Positions 42,201 through 51,733 of a stretch of DNA of 64,000 bases are shown piece after piece. Within the stretch, counting starts at the first letter, position 1; each line of letters opens with the position of its first letter. The notes beneath the pieces are model-generated. The model worked only from the letters and a program-made list of their open reading frames with translations, was not told where the DNA came from and did no database searches. The stretch lies in the NCBI GenBank assembly GCA_050248855.1, contig JBFWRP010000018.1, positions 1-64,000 of the forward strand, read 5' to 3'. Position numbers and translations under genes: made by a program. Source of the stretch: Planctomycetota bacterium. GTDB taxonomy: Bacteria > Planctomycetota > PLA2 > JAEUHO01.

Positions 42201-45200
42201 TTGAAGGCCGCAGGGACGCGCATCCTGGCAGCGCTGGCCTGCCTTGCGATCGCCGTGGCCCTTGCGTGGTGGTCGCGGGGGGCGCCGCCGGCACCGGCGG
42301 ACATGGACGCGGTGCTGCCCGATGCTGCGGAATCCGAGGACGAGTCGCTGTCCGGACGCAAGCCCGCCCTCGTGGGGTCTACGCCGAGGCGCGTCGCCGC
42401 GCCTCCGCCCGGAACCGAGGTAGGGCGCGGCCCAGCGATCGCCATCGAGGTCGTCACGGCGGCGGGAGGGGCCGTCGCTCGCACGGAGGTGCGGCTGACG
42501 TGGGCCGAGCCGATCCCTCCGTCCGAACGCGTTCCGGAGGACTGGCCCGAACGCTTCTTCGAGCACGTGATCACGACAGACGAGAGCGGGCGCGCTGCGT
42601 GTGCGTACGTGGCGCCAGACGCGACGGACGTCCGCGTCTGGGTCCAGACGGCCCGCTGGGTCAGTCGCATCCAGACCGTGGACATGTCGCGCGCCCAGCA
42701 GGAGGGTCTGCGGATCGTCGCCGTGCCCGCGTGCACCGTGGTGGGCCGCGCGCAGCTTCGCGACGGAACACCCGCCGCGCGGCGTGAGGTGCTTGTACGT
42801 CAGGCGGACTCGTCGTGGCCGCTGCCGGAGTCGATCGCCCACCGGCACGTCATGCCCTTCGATGACGTCTTGGCCCTGACGGGCGCCGACGGATCCTTTC
42901 GCGTGACAGGCCTGCCACCGGACGCCCTGGGCCTTGGCGTGGGCAGCCCCATCGCCGACGGTTCCGGTGACATCGTGTGGCTGCCCGCTCGTGAGCCCGG
43001 GAGCACCATCGATGACGTCGTGTTGGTGGCTCCTGACGCACTCTTCCTCGCCGTCCAGCTCCGTGCGTCGGACGGCAGGTTCCTGAGCGGCGAGAGCGTA
43101 GGTGTGCGGACGCCCGGCACCGAGGGCGCGACGTTCGTCACCACGGGGCGTACCGATGCGGCGGGATGCGTGCGACTGGGCGTCGACACGGTGGGCCCGT
43201 GGGAGCTGGTCCACCTTCTGCCCGACGGGGACTCGGTGCTTCGCCACGCGGTCGAAGCCGGCGGGGAGCCGGTCCAGATCACGGCCACAGCGACACCCTG
43301 GCTCTCCGTGGAGGTCGTGGTGCAGCACCATGACGGGCGCCCTGCGTCAGGGATCAAGGTCGGCTTGGTGTCCCATGTCGTCGCCAACGAGAAGGCCGAC
43401 GCTCTTGCGTCGTGGAAGATGACCCGCGAAGAAGGGCGCGCCACTTTGCATGCCCGTGGGCCGGCGAGCGACGAGGTCTCCCTGCTTCTGGGTGCCGTCA
43501 AGCCGGGCCTCGCCTGTCGCTGGACGCTCGCGACGGCCACGCTGACGAGCAAGCCAGAGCCTACTGCGACGCTCCGCACGCTCCCCAGCGTCGCCTTGTC
43601 GGGCCGCACCGTCGCGGCGGATGGTTCGCCCGCCCCAGGGGCCAGCCTGTCCTCGAGTCATGCGTACGGCACGTGGGTCCACCCCCGCCGCCATGAGATC
43701 AACGCGCCGCCCGTCATCTCCGACGCGGAAGGACGCTACGAGCTCACCGATCTGCCGCCCGTCGGGAACATGATCTACACGAGCGATCCCCATCGGTCAT
43801 GGCAGACGCGGCCCACCTGGGTCTCGGCGCAAGCTCCGGGCTCGCGCCTCGAAGGCCGGGAGCTCGTCGTGCGCGACTTCGTGCCCCTTGCTTGCAAGAT
43901 CGTCGGCGGCGACACCAAGCTGGCGTGGAAGGCGCGTGTCGCGGCGGTTCCCGCGGGCGAGACGACCCTGGCCAACGCGGTCTACGGTCAGCCGGACAAC
44001 CAGGGCAGGGTGATGCTTGCCGCGCCCACGGCTGGTCCGTACGACATCGTCCGTGTGACGCCCCGCGGCTGGACCGTCCTGAAGCAGGGCGTGCACGGGC
44101 CGGCTCGAGAACTCGAGCTGGTGCTCGGCGACGTCTCGAGTCCGGATTCGTTCGTTCCCCTTCGTGTTCGCGTCGAGCCGCCCGCAGGGCGATCCGCCGA
44201 AGGGCGACACGTGCGCGTGTCGATGGCGAGCGATGGCGTTCGTGGCGCGGGGCTGGAGGTGTTCGGTACGACCGACCATGAGGGCCTGGCGACGATCGAA
44301 GTCCCCTTCCTTCCCCCCTGGGGCGTCTCCGTGTCCCATGCCCCCATGGGACAGATGGTGATGAACGGCGCGTGGCGCTCCCGCGTGAGTGACCTGCCGG
44401 GCGATGCCGTGCTTCGCGTCAAGATGGGAGCCCATGATCGCGTCACGGGGCGGATCTTCCATGCGGACGGCCGTGGCGTGAGCGGGGCGCGCGTGCAGTC
44501 GGTCTTCCTCGAGCCGGATCCGGAGGCGTGGGTCACCACCAACGAGGAGGGCGAGTACCGGCTCGGCTACAGCGATACGGATACGTCGATTGACGCAAGC
44601 CAGGGTCTGCAGATCGAGCTTCCCGGGGTCGCGCGACGCGTCCTGACCCTCGACCAGCACGAGGGCAGCGAGCCTTGGTGGGTCCTGCGACTGCCGCCAA
44701 TGGGCACGCTCCAGGGTCGGCTCCGAGCACCGGAGGGCGTGGTGCTGCCGGCGGGCCAGGCCCTGCGCATCACGTGGACGCGCAAGGAGGACGAGGCGTG
44801 GCTGACGCACGTCGTGCTCGCCGAGGTGGACGCGGGAGGCGCGTTCTCCGTGGCAGACCTCCCCGCGGACCGCGACCTCGACGTGGAGGTGCTCCCCGCC
44901 TATGTGCAAGAGGCGCGCGCCCACAGCGTGGAGCGCTTCATGCAAGCGCGCGCCGGAGGTGCGCCTACGACCATCGAGATGGCTGCCGTCCAGCCGATCG
45001 CGGGCCGCGTCGTGGGGCGGCCTGACGTGGACGTGACCTGGCACGCGGTGCTGCGACCCGCCACCGGCACGGCCGCCCCGGTACGCGCCCAGGTGACTGA
45101 TCGAGGGACGTTCGAGGCGTGGCCCCTGGCTTCCGGTGACCACATCGTCGAGCTGGTCGCCGAGCGCGAGGGCATCCACCTGGTCGTGGATCGCGCGCGC

Positions 45201-45725
45201 GCCGAGCCTGGCAACAGGGGCGTGATGCTCCAAGCCACCGAGCTCGTCGACACGACGCTCGTCTTCGAGGAGGCGTACGGCCCGGCCTTCCTCACGGTGT
45301 CGGATCCCGTCACGCATGCCGTGTCGTGCGCACAGGAAACGCCGGGAGACGTCGAGGGGCAGCTCGTGCTCGCGCTTCCCATTGGATCGCAGCTCGACGT
45401 GACCGTGCAGTTCCTCGAGGCGCAGAGCTACGTCGCAAGACGTCTCCAAGCAGGTGCCGAGATCGAGCCTGCGCCCATCCCCTCACACCCCTGCATGCTC
45501 CAGCTCGTACGCCATGGCAGGCCCGAACCCGATGCCATCCCCCTGTTCGCCGTCTCGGAGCGTGGAGTCTGGTGGCTGCAGGGCAACTTCGCGGGCAACT
45601 ACTGGTCGACCGTCCCATCAGGTACCTACGACGTGATGACCCTCGACGCAGAAGGCGCCCTCCAGCTCGTCGAGCCGCGCGTCGAGGCCAGCTCCCATGA
45701 CGTCGTCGTGAGCTGGCCGCGGTGA
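42201..45725 (+). CDS. carboxypeptidase-regulatory-like repeat protein, array copy 4 (longest)
   Basis: N-terminal TM, same modules plus extra repeats, C-terminal SGTYDV; TTG start. Confidence 0.78.
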   Translation: MKAAGTRILAALACLAIAVALAWWSRGAPPAPADMDAVLPDAAESEDESLSGRKPALVGSTPRRVAAPPPGTEVGRGPAIAIEVVTAAGGAVARTEVRLTWAEPIPPSERVPEDWPERFFEHVITTDESGRAACAYVAPDATDVRVWVQTARWVSRIQTVDMSRAQQEGLRIVAVPACTVVGRAQLRDGTPAARREVLVRQADSSWPLPESIAHRHVMPFDDVLALTGADGSFRVTGLPPDALGLGVGSPIADGSGDIVWLPAREPGSTIDDVVLVAPDALFLAVQLRASDGRFLSGESVGVRTPGTEGATFVTTGRTDAAGCVRLGVDTVGPWELVHLLPDGDSVLRHAVEAGGEPVQITATATPWLSVEVVVQHHDGRPASGIKVGLVSHVVANEKADALASWKMTREEGRATLHARGPASDEVSLLLGAVKPGLACRWTLATATLTSKPEPTATLRTLPSVALSGRTVAADGSPAPGASLSSSHAYGTWVHPRRHEINAPPVISDAEGRYELTDLPPVGNMIYTSDPHRSWQTRPTWVSAQAPGSRLEGRELVVRDFVPLACKIVGGDTKLAWKARVAAVPAGETTLANAVYGQPDNQGRVMLAAPTAGPYDIVRVTPRGWTVLKQGVHGPARELELVLGDVSSPDSFVPLRVRVEPPAGRSAEGRHVRVSMASDGVRGAGLEVFGTTDHEGLATIEVPFLPPWGVSVSHAPMGQMVMNGAWRSRVSDLPGDAVLRVKMGAHDRVTGRIFHADGRGVSGARVQSVFLEPDPEAWVTTNEEGEYRLGYSDTDTSIDASQGLQIELPGVARRVLTLDQHEGSEPWWVLRLPPMGTLQGRLRAPEGVVLPAGQALRITWTRKEDEAWLTHVVLAEVDAGGAFSVADLPADRDLDVEVLPAYVQEARAHSVERFMQARAGGAPTTIEMAAVQPIAGRVVGRPDVDVTWHAVLRPATGTAAPVRAQVTDRGTFEAWPLASGDHIVELVAEREGIHLVVDRARAEPGNRGVMLQATELVDTTLVFEEAYGPAFLTVSDPVTHAVSCAQETPGDVEGQLVLALPIGSQLDVTVQFLEAQSYVARRLQAGAEIEPAPIPSHPCMLQLVRHGRPEPDAIPLFAVSERGVWWLQGNFAGNYWSTVPSGTYDVMTLDAEGALQLVEPRVEASSHDVVVSWPR

Positions 45726-45738
45726 GGGGCCGCTTGCG

Positions 45739-48693
45739 ATGACGCCCGGGGCCAAGCGCTGGGCCGTCGTGTCCGCCGTGCTGGCCGTCGCCGCCGCATG
45801 TGCCGTGGCGTGGCTGCTGACGCGTCCCGTGCGCGTGGTGCATGCCCCGAGGACCTACGACGAGCTCGGTCAACCGTCGGGCGCGGAAGTGGCACCTGGC
45901 GGCGCCGCACGTCCCACACTGCAAGGCGCGACATCTTCCTCGGCCCGGCGCCCGATCCGTGGCCACGTGCTGGATGACAAGACCGGCGCACCGCTGGCGG
46001 GCGTCCGTGTCTTGGCGCTCACGTCCTCGCAGGCGCCTTGGCGGCACGAGGCCACGACCGACGCGGAGGGAAGCTACGAGCTGGACCTCCCCGAAGGCTC
46101 CTACATCCTCACCACGTGGCATCCGCGGTACATCCCCGCAGAGCTCACGCTTGCTCTCGCGCCACGGGCGCGCCTTGGACGTTCTCCAAAGCGCGTCGTA
46201 CAGGTCCACGAGCACGGAGCCCCCGACGAGCGCCATGACGTTCGCTTGCTCCCCGGCACGCGTCTTCGCGCGCGCGTGACGGACGCGGCGGGGAACGTCC
46301 TCGCCGGTTCCGCGGTGCGCCTGCGAAGTAGAACGGCCTCGAGGCTGCACGATGCCCTGCCCACATCGCTGCGTGGCCGGGGGCAGGACACGAAGCCCCT
46401 GGCACCGGGAAGCGATGCGGAGCTCCTCTGCGACGAGCGGGGTGTGGTGGACGTGCAGGTGCTGCCTGCGGCCCTGGAGGGATGGTCGATCTCCGCGCAT
46501 GCCCCCGGCCATGTGGGGACGTGGCACGCGCTGGCCACGGAGGGGCCCTGGGACATCGCGCTCGAGGTGGTGCGCGGCGCGGGGGTACGTGGGCAGGTCA
46601 TCGACGGCGAGGGGCGACCCGTCAGCGGCGTCTGGGTCGGCCCCGGTACGGTCTCGGCGTCGCGCGGCGGGGCGTGGGACCCGTCCGTCCCGCCGGTTCG
46701 CACCGATGACGACGGGCGCTTCACGATCGAGGGCCTCTCGCCCACCGACGTCACGCTTCTCGCCGTTTTCGAGGATCCCCACGCCCTCGCGGGGCAGCTG
46801 CTGGTGCCGCGCCTTGCATCGGGGGAGATCCGCAGCTCTCTCATGTTCGAAGTTCCCACGCGGTACGTGTTCCGCGCGCGCCTGGCCAGCCTGTCAGGGG
46901 AGCTGCTGGCGGGTCGGCGCGTGCGCATCGTGGAAGCAGGAGCCGGACCCGGGCCCGTAGGCCGCGCGCCCTTCGCCACCACCGACGACAACGGCCACAT
47001 CGGTGTCGTCCTGCCCTTCGAAGGGCCCTGGCGCCTGGACATCAGCACCGCCCTGGGCTGGGCCACGCTGGCCGACGACGTCCTCTTGCCGGCCGACGAG
47101 CTGGCGCTGGTCGTCGCGCCCGAGCCGGTGACTCGCTTCCGCCTCGAGGTCGTCGACAACGACGGGGCCCCTGTACGCGACTACGCCGCGCACGCATGGA
47201 CGCTGGCGGAGACGGCCGAGGAGGCGCAGAGCGAGCACGCCGTCAAGCTGTTTGCCGACGGCGCGGACGTGGAGCTGGACGTGCCGGGAACGATTCCCGT
47301 GGCGATCTCCTTGGAGCGCTTGGACCCCGACACGCAAGCGCGCCACACGATGCGCCATGTCCTGGCCCAGCTGCCGGACGACGGCGTCGTTCGCCTGGTC
47401 TGGGACCCGCGGGCCCAGGTCACCGGCCGCGTGGTCGACGAAGCCGATCGGGCCATCGAAGGCGTCACCGTGCACATGAGCTGGGCCGGCGCCGCGCGCG
47501 GTGGGCTCACGTCGGCCACGACGGCGCAGGGCACCTTTGCGTTCGACTTCGATCCTGGAACCGCCCGGTACGTGGCCATCCAGGTGACGCCACCCGAGGG
47601 CTACGCGCAGCACGACGTCATCCTTCACTCGCTCTTCGACGACGCGCTCGTGATCCGGCTGCGCAGAGGCGGAATCGTCACGGGCCGGATCCACGTCCCG
47701 GCGGGCGTCCAGTTCGCGGACGGCGAGAAGGCACTCGTGATGTGGCCACGCGACGACGCGGAGGTGCCCCAGCTCGCGGGGGCGTCCGGCGCGATCTTCC
47801 CCGACGGGCGCTTCGTCGTGGAGGGCGTGCCCTTGGATCGCGAGCTCACATGGAGCTACCGAGGGCTCACGCTGCAGAAGCACGAGCTCATCGTGAGCCC
47901 CGCTCCCGCCCCCCTGCGGGCGGGCGATCAGCTCGAGATCCACACGATCCCTGCCCAGCGCATCAAGGGACGCATCGAGGGGAGCGGCGACGCGACGGGC
48001 CTCGTCGTGCGCGCCCACCCGGTCGGTGAGGCGGAGCGTGCGTGGTCCTGGAGCCCGGACGATGCGGACGACTTGGACTTCGACATCGGGCTCCTGCCTC
48101 CGGGGGACTACGTGGTCGCCCTGGTGAACGCCCATGGAACGCAGGCCACGTTGGATCAACGGACCGTCGCAGCCGGGACGCACGACGTGCGCTTGGACGC
48201 CACGTCCGCCTGCTGGATCCACGTGCGCTGCGAGCCCCGGGGCCTGCGCACCAGCTGCCTGCTGGTCGACGCCGAGACCGGACGCGCGGCCGGTCGGGCC
48301 TATGCGCGGGACGAGGTGCTCCGCGCCCGCACTTTGCGGGGTCGACGCTACGACATCACGGCCGTCACGGAGAGCACGACGCCGGGCGACGTGCCCCTGG
48401 TGGGCCACCTCGCCGACGTCGAGGCCGGCTCGGAAGTCGTCCTCGCGCTTCGCAGCGCGAGCCGCCTGACGGGCCGATTCCACGGAGACGGGGTCGGGCT
48501 CTTCCACGAGATCGTGGCGCGCCGGGGCACCACCTCGTTTCCCGTCCGCTTCCTCGGTCGCGCCGCGTTCGAGGCCTGGGTCCTGCCGGGGCCCTACGAG
48601 ATCGTGGGACGCAGCGAAGAGGGCACGGAGACGGTCCTGGCCCGGGGCATCGAACCAGGCCAGGAGGGCGTCGTTCTCCGAGCTGGGCGCTGA
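45739..48693 (+). CDS. carboxypeptidase-regulatory-like repeat protein, array copy 5
   Basis: N-terminal TM, DDKTGAPLAG, LTTWHP.Y.PA, EGPW, W.Y.G, PGPYEIV. Confidence 0.8.
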   Translation: MTPGAKRWAVVSAVLAVAAACAVAWLLTRPVRVVHAPRTYDELGQPSGAEVAPGGAARPTLQGATSSSARRPIRGHVLDDKTGAPLAGVRVLALTSSQAPWRHEATTDAEGSYELDLPEGSYILTTWHPRYIPAELTLALAPRARLGRSPKRVVQVHEHGAPDERHDVRLLPGTRLRARVTDAAGNVLAGSAVRLRSRTASRLHDALPTSLRGRGQDTKPLAPGSDAELLCDERGVVDVQVLPAALEGWSISAHAPGHVGTWHALATEGPWDIALEVVRGAGVRGQVIDGEGRPVSGVWVGPGTVSASRGGAWDPSVPPVRTDDDGRFTIEGLSPTDVTLLAVFEDPHALAGQLLVPRLASGEIRSSLMFEVPTRYVFRARLASLSGELLAGRRVRIVEAGAGPGPVGRAPFATTDDNGHIGVVLPFEGPWRLDISTALGWATLADDVLLPADELALVVAPEPVTRFRLEVVDNDGAPVRDYAAHAWTLAETAEEAQSEHAVKLFADGADVELDVPGTIPVAISLERLDPDTQARHTMRHVLAQLPDDGVVRLVWDPRAQVTGRVVDEADRAIEGVTVHMSWAGAARGGLTSATTAQGTFAFDFDPGTARYVAIQVTPPEGYAQHDVILHSLFDDALVIRLRRGGIVTGRIHVPAGVQFADGEKALVMWPRDDAEVPQLAGASGAIFPDGRFVVEGVPLDRELTWSYRGLTLQKHELIVSPAPAPLRAGDQLEIHTIPAQRIKGRIEGSGDATGLVVRAHPVGEAERAWSWSPDDADDLDFDIGLLPPGDYVVALVNAHGTQATLDQRTVAAGTHDVRLDATSACWIHVRCEPRGLRTSCLLVDAETGRAAGRAYARDEVLRARTLRGRRYDITAVTESTTPGDVPLVGHLADVEAGSEVVLALRSASRLTGRFHGDGVGLFHEIVARRGTTSFPVRFLGRAAFEAWVLPGPYEIVGRSEEGTETVLARGIEPGQEGVVLRAGR

Positions 48694-48772
48694 GGACGCG
48701 CGGAGGCTTCCAAGGCGTGGCGCACCGCCCCTCCAAGCGGGTATCGTCGGCCTTGTGGAGTGAACGCGCGCC

Positions 48773-51733
48773 GTGAACGAACGCTTGGCCCTGCTCGTGT
48801 CGCTCGCCGTGGGCCTGCTGGCGGCGGGCGCCATCGCGTGGTGGGGAGCATCGGGCACCGAGCCGCGCGCCGAGGACGCGGCGGAGATGGCGCCGCCAAG
48901 CCCGGTGGCCCAGTCGCGACCAGATGCGGACCGGGAAGGCGCGGCCCCCGCTCTCGAAGGCCGTGCGTACGAAGCGGCGTCGGGCGTCGTAGAGGGCCTG
49001 GTCGTCGACGCCGAGACGAGCGCTCCGCTGGCTGGCGCGACGGTCGTGGCGGTCTCCCGCTGGGAACGCGCGGAAGCAGGACGTGGCGTGACCGACGCCG
49101 AAGGTCGCTACGAGGTCCGGGCGCCGCACGGGTCCCACGACCTCACGACGTGGCTGCCGGGGTACGTGCCGGCAGGGCTGGTGGAATCGGCAGCCAGTCG
49201 GCGGACCGGTCCACGGATCGCGCAGCTCGTCGAGGCGGGTAGCCGCGTGGCGGGCCCCACGCTTCGACTTCGACGCGCCATTCAGCTGCGTGTCCGCGTC
49301 GTGGACGACGCCTCGGGCAACGCCGTCCCCCACGCGCTGGTCCAGCTGCGTGGTCGCGGATGCTCCGTCCTGCGGTGGGCCGCGCCGGACGTACCGCCCC
49401 TGCACCGCCCCCTTCCCGACTGGCTGCCGCCGGACCACACGGCTGCGCTTGCCACCGATGCTCGCGGCGAGCTGGACGTCACGGCTCTCCCGAGCCCGCT
49501 GCCCGACTGGATGATCTGCGCCACGTCTTCTGGACGCCGGTCCGGATGGCAGTTCCTCGCTCCGGAGGGGCCCTGGGACCTGGAGCTGCGGCTCGTGAAG
49601 AGTGCGACGCTCGTCGGTCGCGTCGTGGACACGTCCGGACGACCCGAAGCAGGCGCTTGGATCTGGCGGTCATCGCTCGACCCGGATGGGGCGGAGGAGC
49701 AGGGCGCAGGTCCGCTCCCGGTACCCACCGACGCCGAAGGGAACTTCCGCGTGGAGGGCGTACCTCCGGGGAGCTGCACCTTGGCCGTCCGCTACGCGGA
49801 TCCGGATGGCCCCGCCGCCGAAGAGCACGTCGCAAACATCAGGGCCGGGGAGGAGCGCGCGGGGATCGAGATCGTCGTTCCCGTTCGATACATCGTGCGC
49901 GCGACCCTGCTGGACGAAGCGGAGAGCGCCGTGCGAGACGCCCTGGTCCGGATCCGGGAGACGGCCGCGGACGAGATGACCCAGCAGCAGACGACGACCG
50001 CCCGCACGGACGAACGGGGCCACGTGGGCGTGCAGATGCCGCGGGCCGGCCCTTGGACCGTCGAGCTGAGTACCCCACGCGGCTGGGCCGAGCTCGCGCG
50101 AGGGATCGTGCTGCCCGCCGAGGAGCTGATCCTGCGTGCTCCTCCGGAGGAGGTCACGGCCTTCACCCTGCAGCTGCGCGCGCTCGACGGCACTGCCATC
50201 GACGGCTATCGCCTCTCGGCCTTCAGCCTCGCGGGCGACTCCTACCTCGCCCGCTCGTACCACTCGTTCGTGGCCAGGATGAATGGCCCCGCCGTCCCGC
50301 TCGAGGTGCCCGGACCGCTGCCCCTGGCCCTGGCCATCACCGCACCCACCGTCGACATGTGGGAGTCGGAGCGGCGCACGATGTTGCACATCGTGCGCGA
50401 GCTTCCTGCGGACGGCCTCCTCCAGCTCACGTGGAGCGATGGGACCGGCTTCGAGGGCGTCGTGCGTGGCAGGGACGGACAGCCCATCCCGGGCGCGACG
50501 ATCCGCATCGCCTCCGCGGAGACCCCGGCCACGGCGCCTCCCGAGAAGACGGATGCCCAAGGCCGCTTCCGCGTGCCCTACGCACCCGACCTCGACCTGG
50601 TGGCTCGCGTCTCCATCAGCCCGCCCTCCCCGTGGCTCCCGACCGCCACGCCATGGCTACGCCACGACTTCGCCACGGGCCCGATGGAGGTGGTGCTCGA
50701 GCGCGGGGGCACGGTCCTTGGCCACATCGAGACGCCCCGGGCCGTCGTGTTCGGCCACGAGGATCGCATCGAGGTGCTCTGGCCTGCTGGAGAGGATCGC
50801 CTCGAGCTTCGCGGACGCGCCGAGGCACGCGTACAACCCGATGGCGGCTTCGAGCTGCAAGGATTGCCCCATGACCGCGATGCGACCTGGCGGTACGTCG
50901 GACCGACGCTGCCTGGCAACGGTCTGGTGTTCGAGGCCCCGTCGCGAAGCGTCCGTGCGGGCGAAGAGCTGATCCTGCGCACGACCCAGGCCCTGACGAT
51001 CTCGGGCCGCCTCGTGGGGGAAGGCGATCTGGGTGGCCTCCAGCTGCGCGTGCGCGAGCTGGGTGAGGCGCCTCACTCCCGTCCGGCGGCGCTGAGCAGC
51101 ACCGGTGAGTTCACCCTCGGAGGTCTACGTCCCACGACCCACGAGCTGCTCCTCATGGGTGGTGAAGAGGGCGAGCTCGAGCTGCTTCGCCTGCGCGTCG
51201 AGGCCGGGCAGGGCGACGTGCAGGTCAGCGTCCCCGCCCTGGCGTGGCTCGAGGTCCAGCTCGAGCCTGCTGCCACTCGCGCGGCGTGCTGGGTGCGTCA
51301 GGCCGGTGCCCCTGCCGCGACTTCACCGACGATGTCCGACGCGAACGGCTTCGCACGCATCCGCGTGGTACGCGGTCGGACCTACGACGTGGTGGTGGTC
51401 GCGTCGACCCCCCAGCCCCCCGAACCCTTGCGCGCTGGGCACGCCGTGGGTGTCCGAGCGGGGTCCCTGGTCCGCGTTCACCTCGAACCGGCGGTCGTCA
51501 TGAGCGGAGCACTGGGCCCGGGCGTCATGCGCGAGCTGCACGACCTGCGCGCACGGCGGGGTGCCGCCGTGTACCCGCTGCAGATCCCGGATGGCCGAGG
51601 GACGTGGTTCAGTACCTTCGTCACGCCGGGGCGCTACGAGATCGTCGGCACCGACCGCAATGGTCGAGATCACGTCCTGGCCCGTGATATCGAGGCTGGC
51701 CAACGGGGCGTCGTCGTGGAGCTGGGCCGCTGA
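48773..51733 (+). CDS. carboxypeptidase-regulatory-like repeat protein, array copy 6
   Basis: Colinear with copies 5 and 7 (LTTW.PGYVPAGL, EGPW, TP.GW, LPA.E, PGRYEIV). Confidence 0.8.
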   Translation: MNERLALLVSLAVGLLAAGAIAWWGASGTEPRAEDAAEMAPPSPVAQSRPDADREGAAPALEGRAYEAASGVVEGLVVDAETSAPLAGATVVAVSRWERAEAGRGVTDAEGRYEVRAPHGSHDLTTWLPGYVPAGLVESAASRRTGPRIAQLVEAGSRVAGPTLRLRRAIQLRVRVVDDASGNAVPHALVQLRGRGCSVLRWAAPDVPPLHRPLPDWLPPDHTAALATDARGELDVTALPSPLPDWMICATSSGRRSGWQFLAPEGPWDLELRLVKSATLVGRVVDTSGRPEAGAWIWRSSLDPDGAEEQGAGPLPVPTDAEGNFRVEGVPPGSCTLAVRYADPDGPAAEEHVANIRAGEERAGIEIVVPVRYIVRATLLDEAESAVRDALVRIRETAADEMTQQQTTTARTDERGHVGVQMPRAGPWTVELSTPRGWAELARGIVLPAEELILRAPPEEVTAFTLQLRALDGTAIDGYRLSAFSLAGDSYLARSYHSFVARMNGPAVPLEVPGPLPLALAITAPTVDMWESERRTMLHIVRELPADGLLQLTWSDGTGFEGVVRGRDGQPIPGATIRIASAETPATAPPEKTDAQGRFRVPYAPDLDLVARVSISPPSPWLPTATPWLRHDFATGPMEVVLERGGTVLGHIETPRAVVFGHEDRIEVLWPAGEDRLELRGRAEARVQPDGGFELQGLPHDRDATWRYVGPTLPGNGLVFEAPSRSVRAGEELILRTTQALTISGRLVGEGDLGGLQLRVRELGEAPHSRPAALSSTGEFTLGGLRPTTHELLLMGGEEGELELLRLRVEAGQGDVQVSVPALAWLEVQLEPAATRAACWVRQAGAPAATSPTMSDANGFARIRVVRGRTYDVVVVASTPQPPEPLRAGHAVGVRAGSLVRVHLEPAVVMSGALGPGVMRELHDLRARRGAAVYPLQIPDGRGTWFSTFVTPGRYEIVGTDRNGRDHVLARDIEAGQRGVVVELGR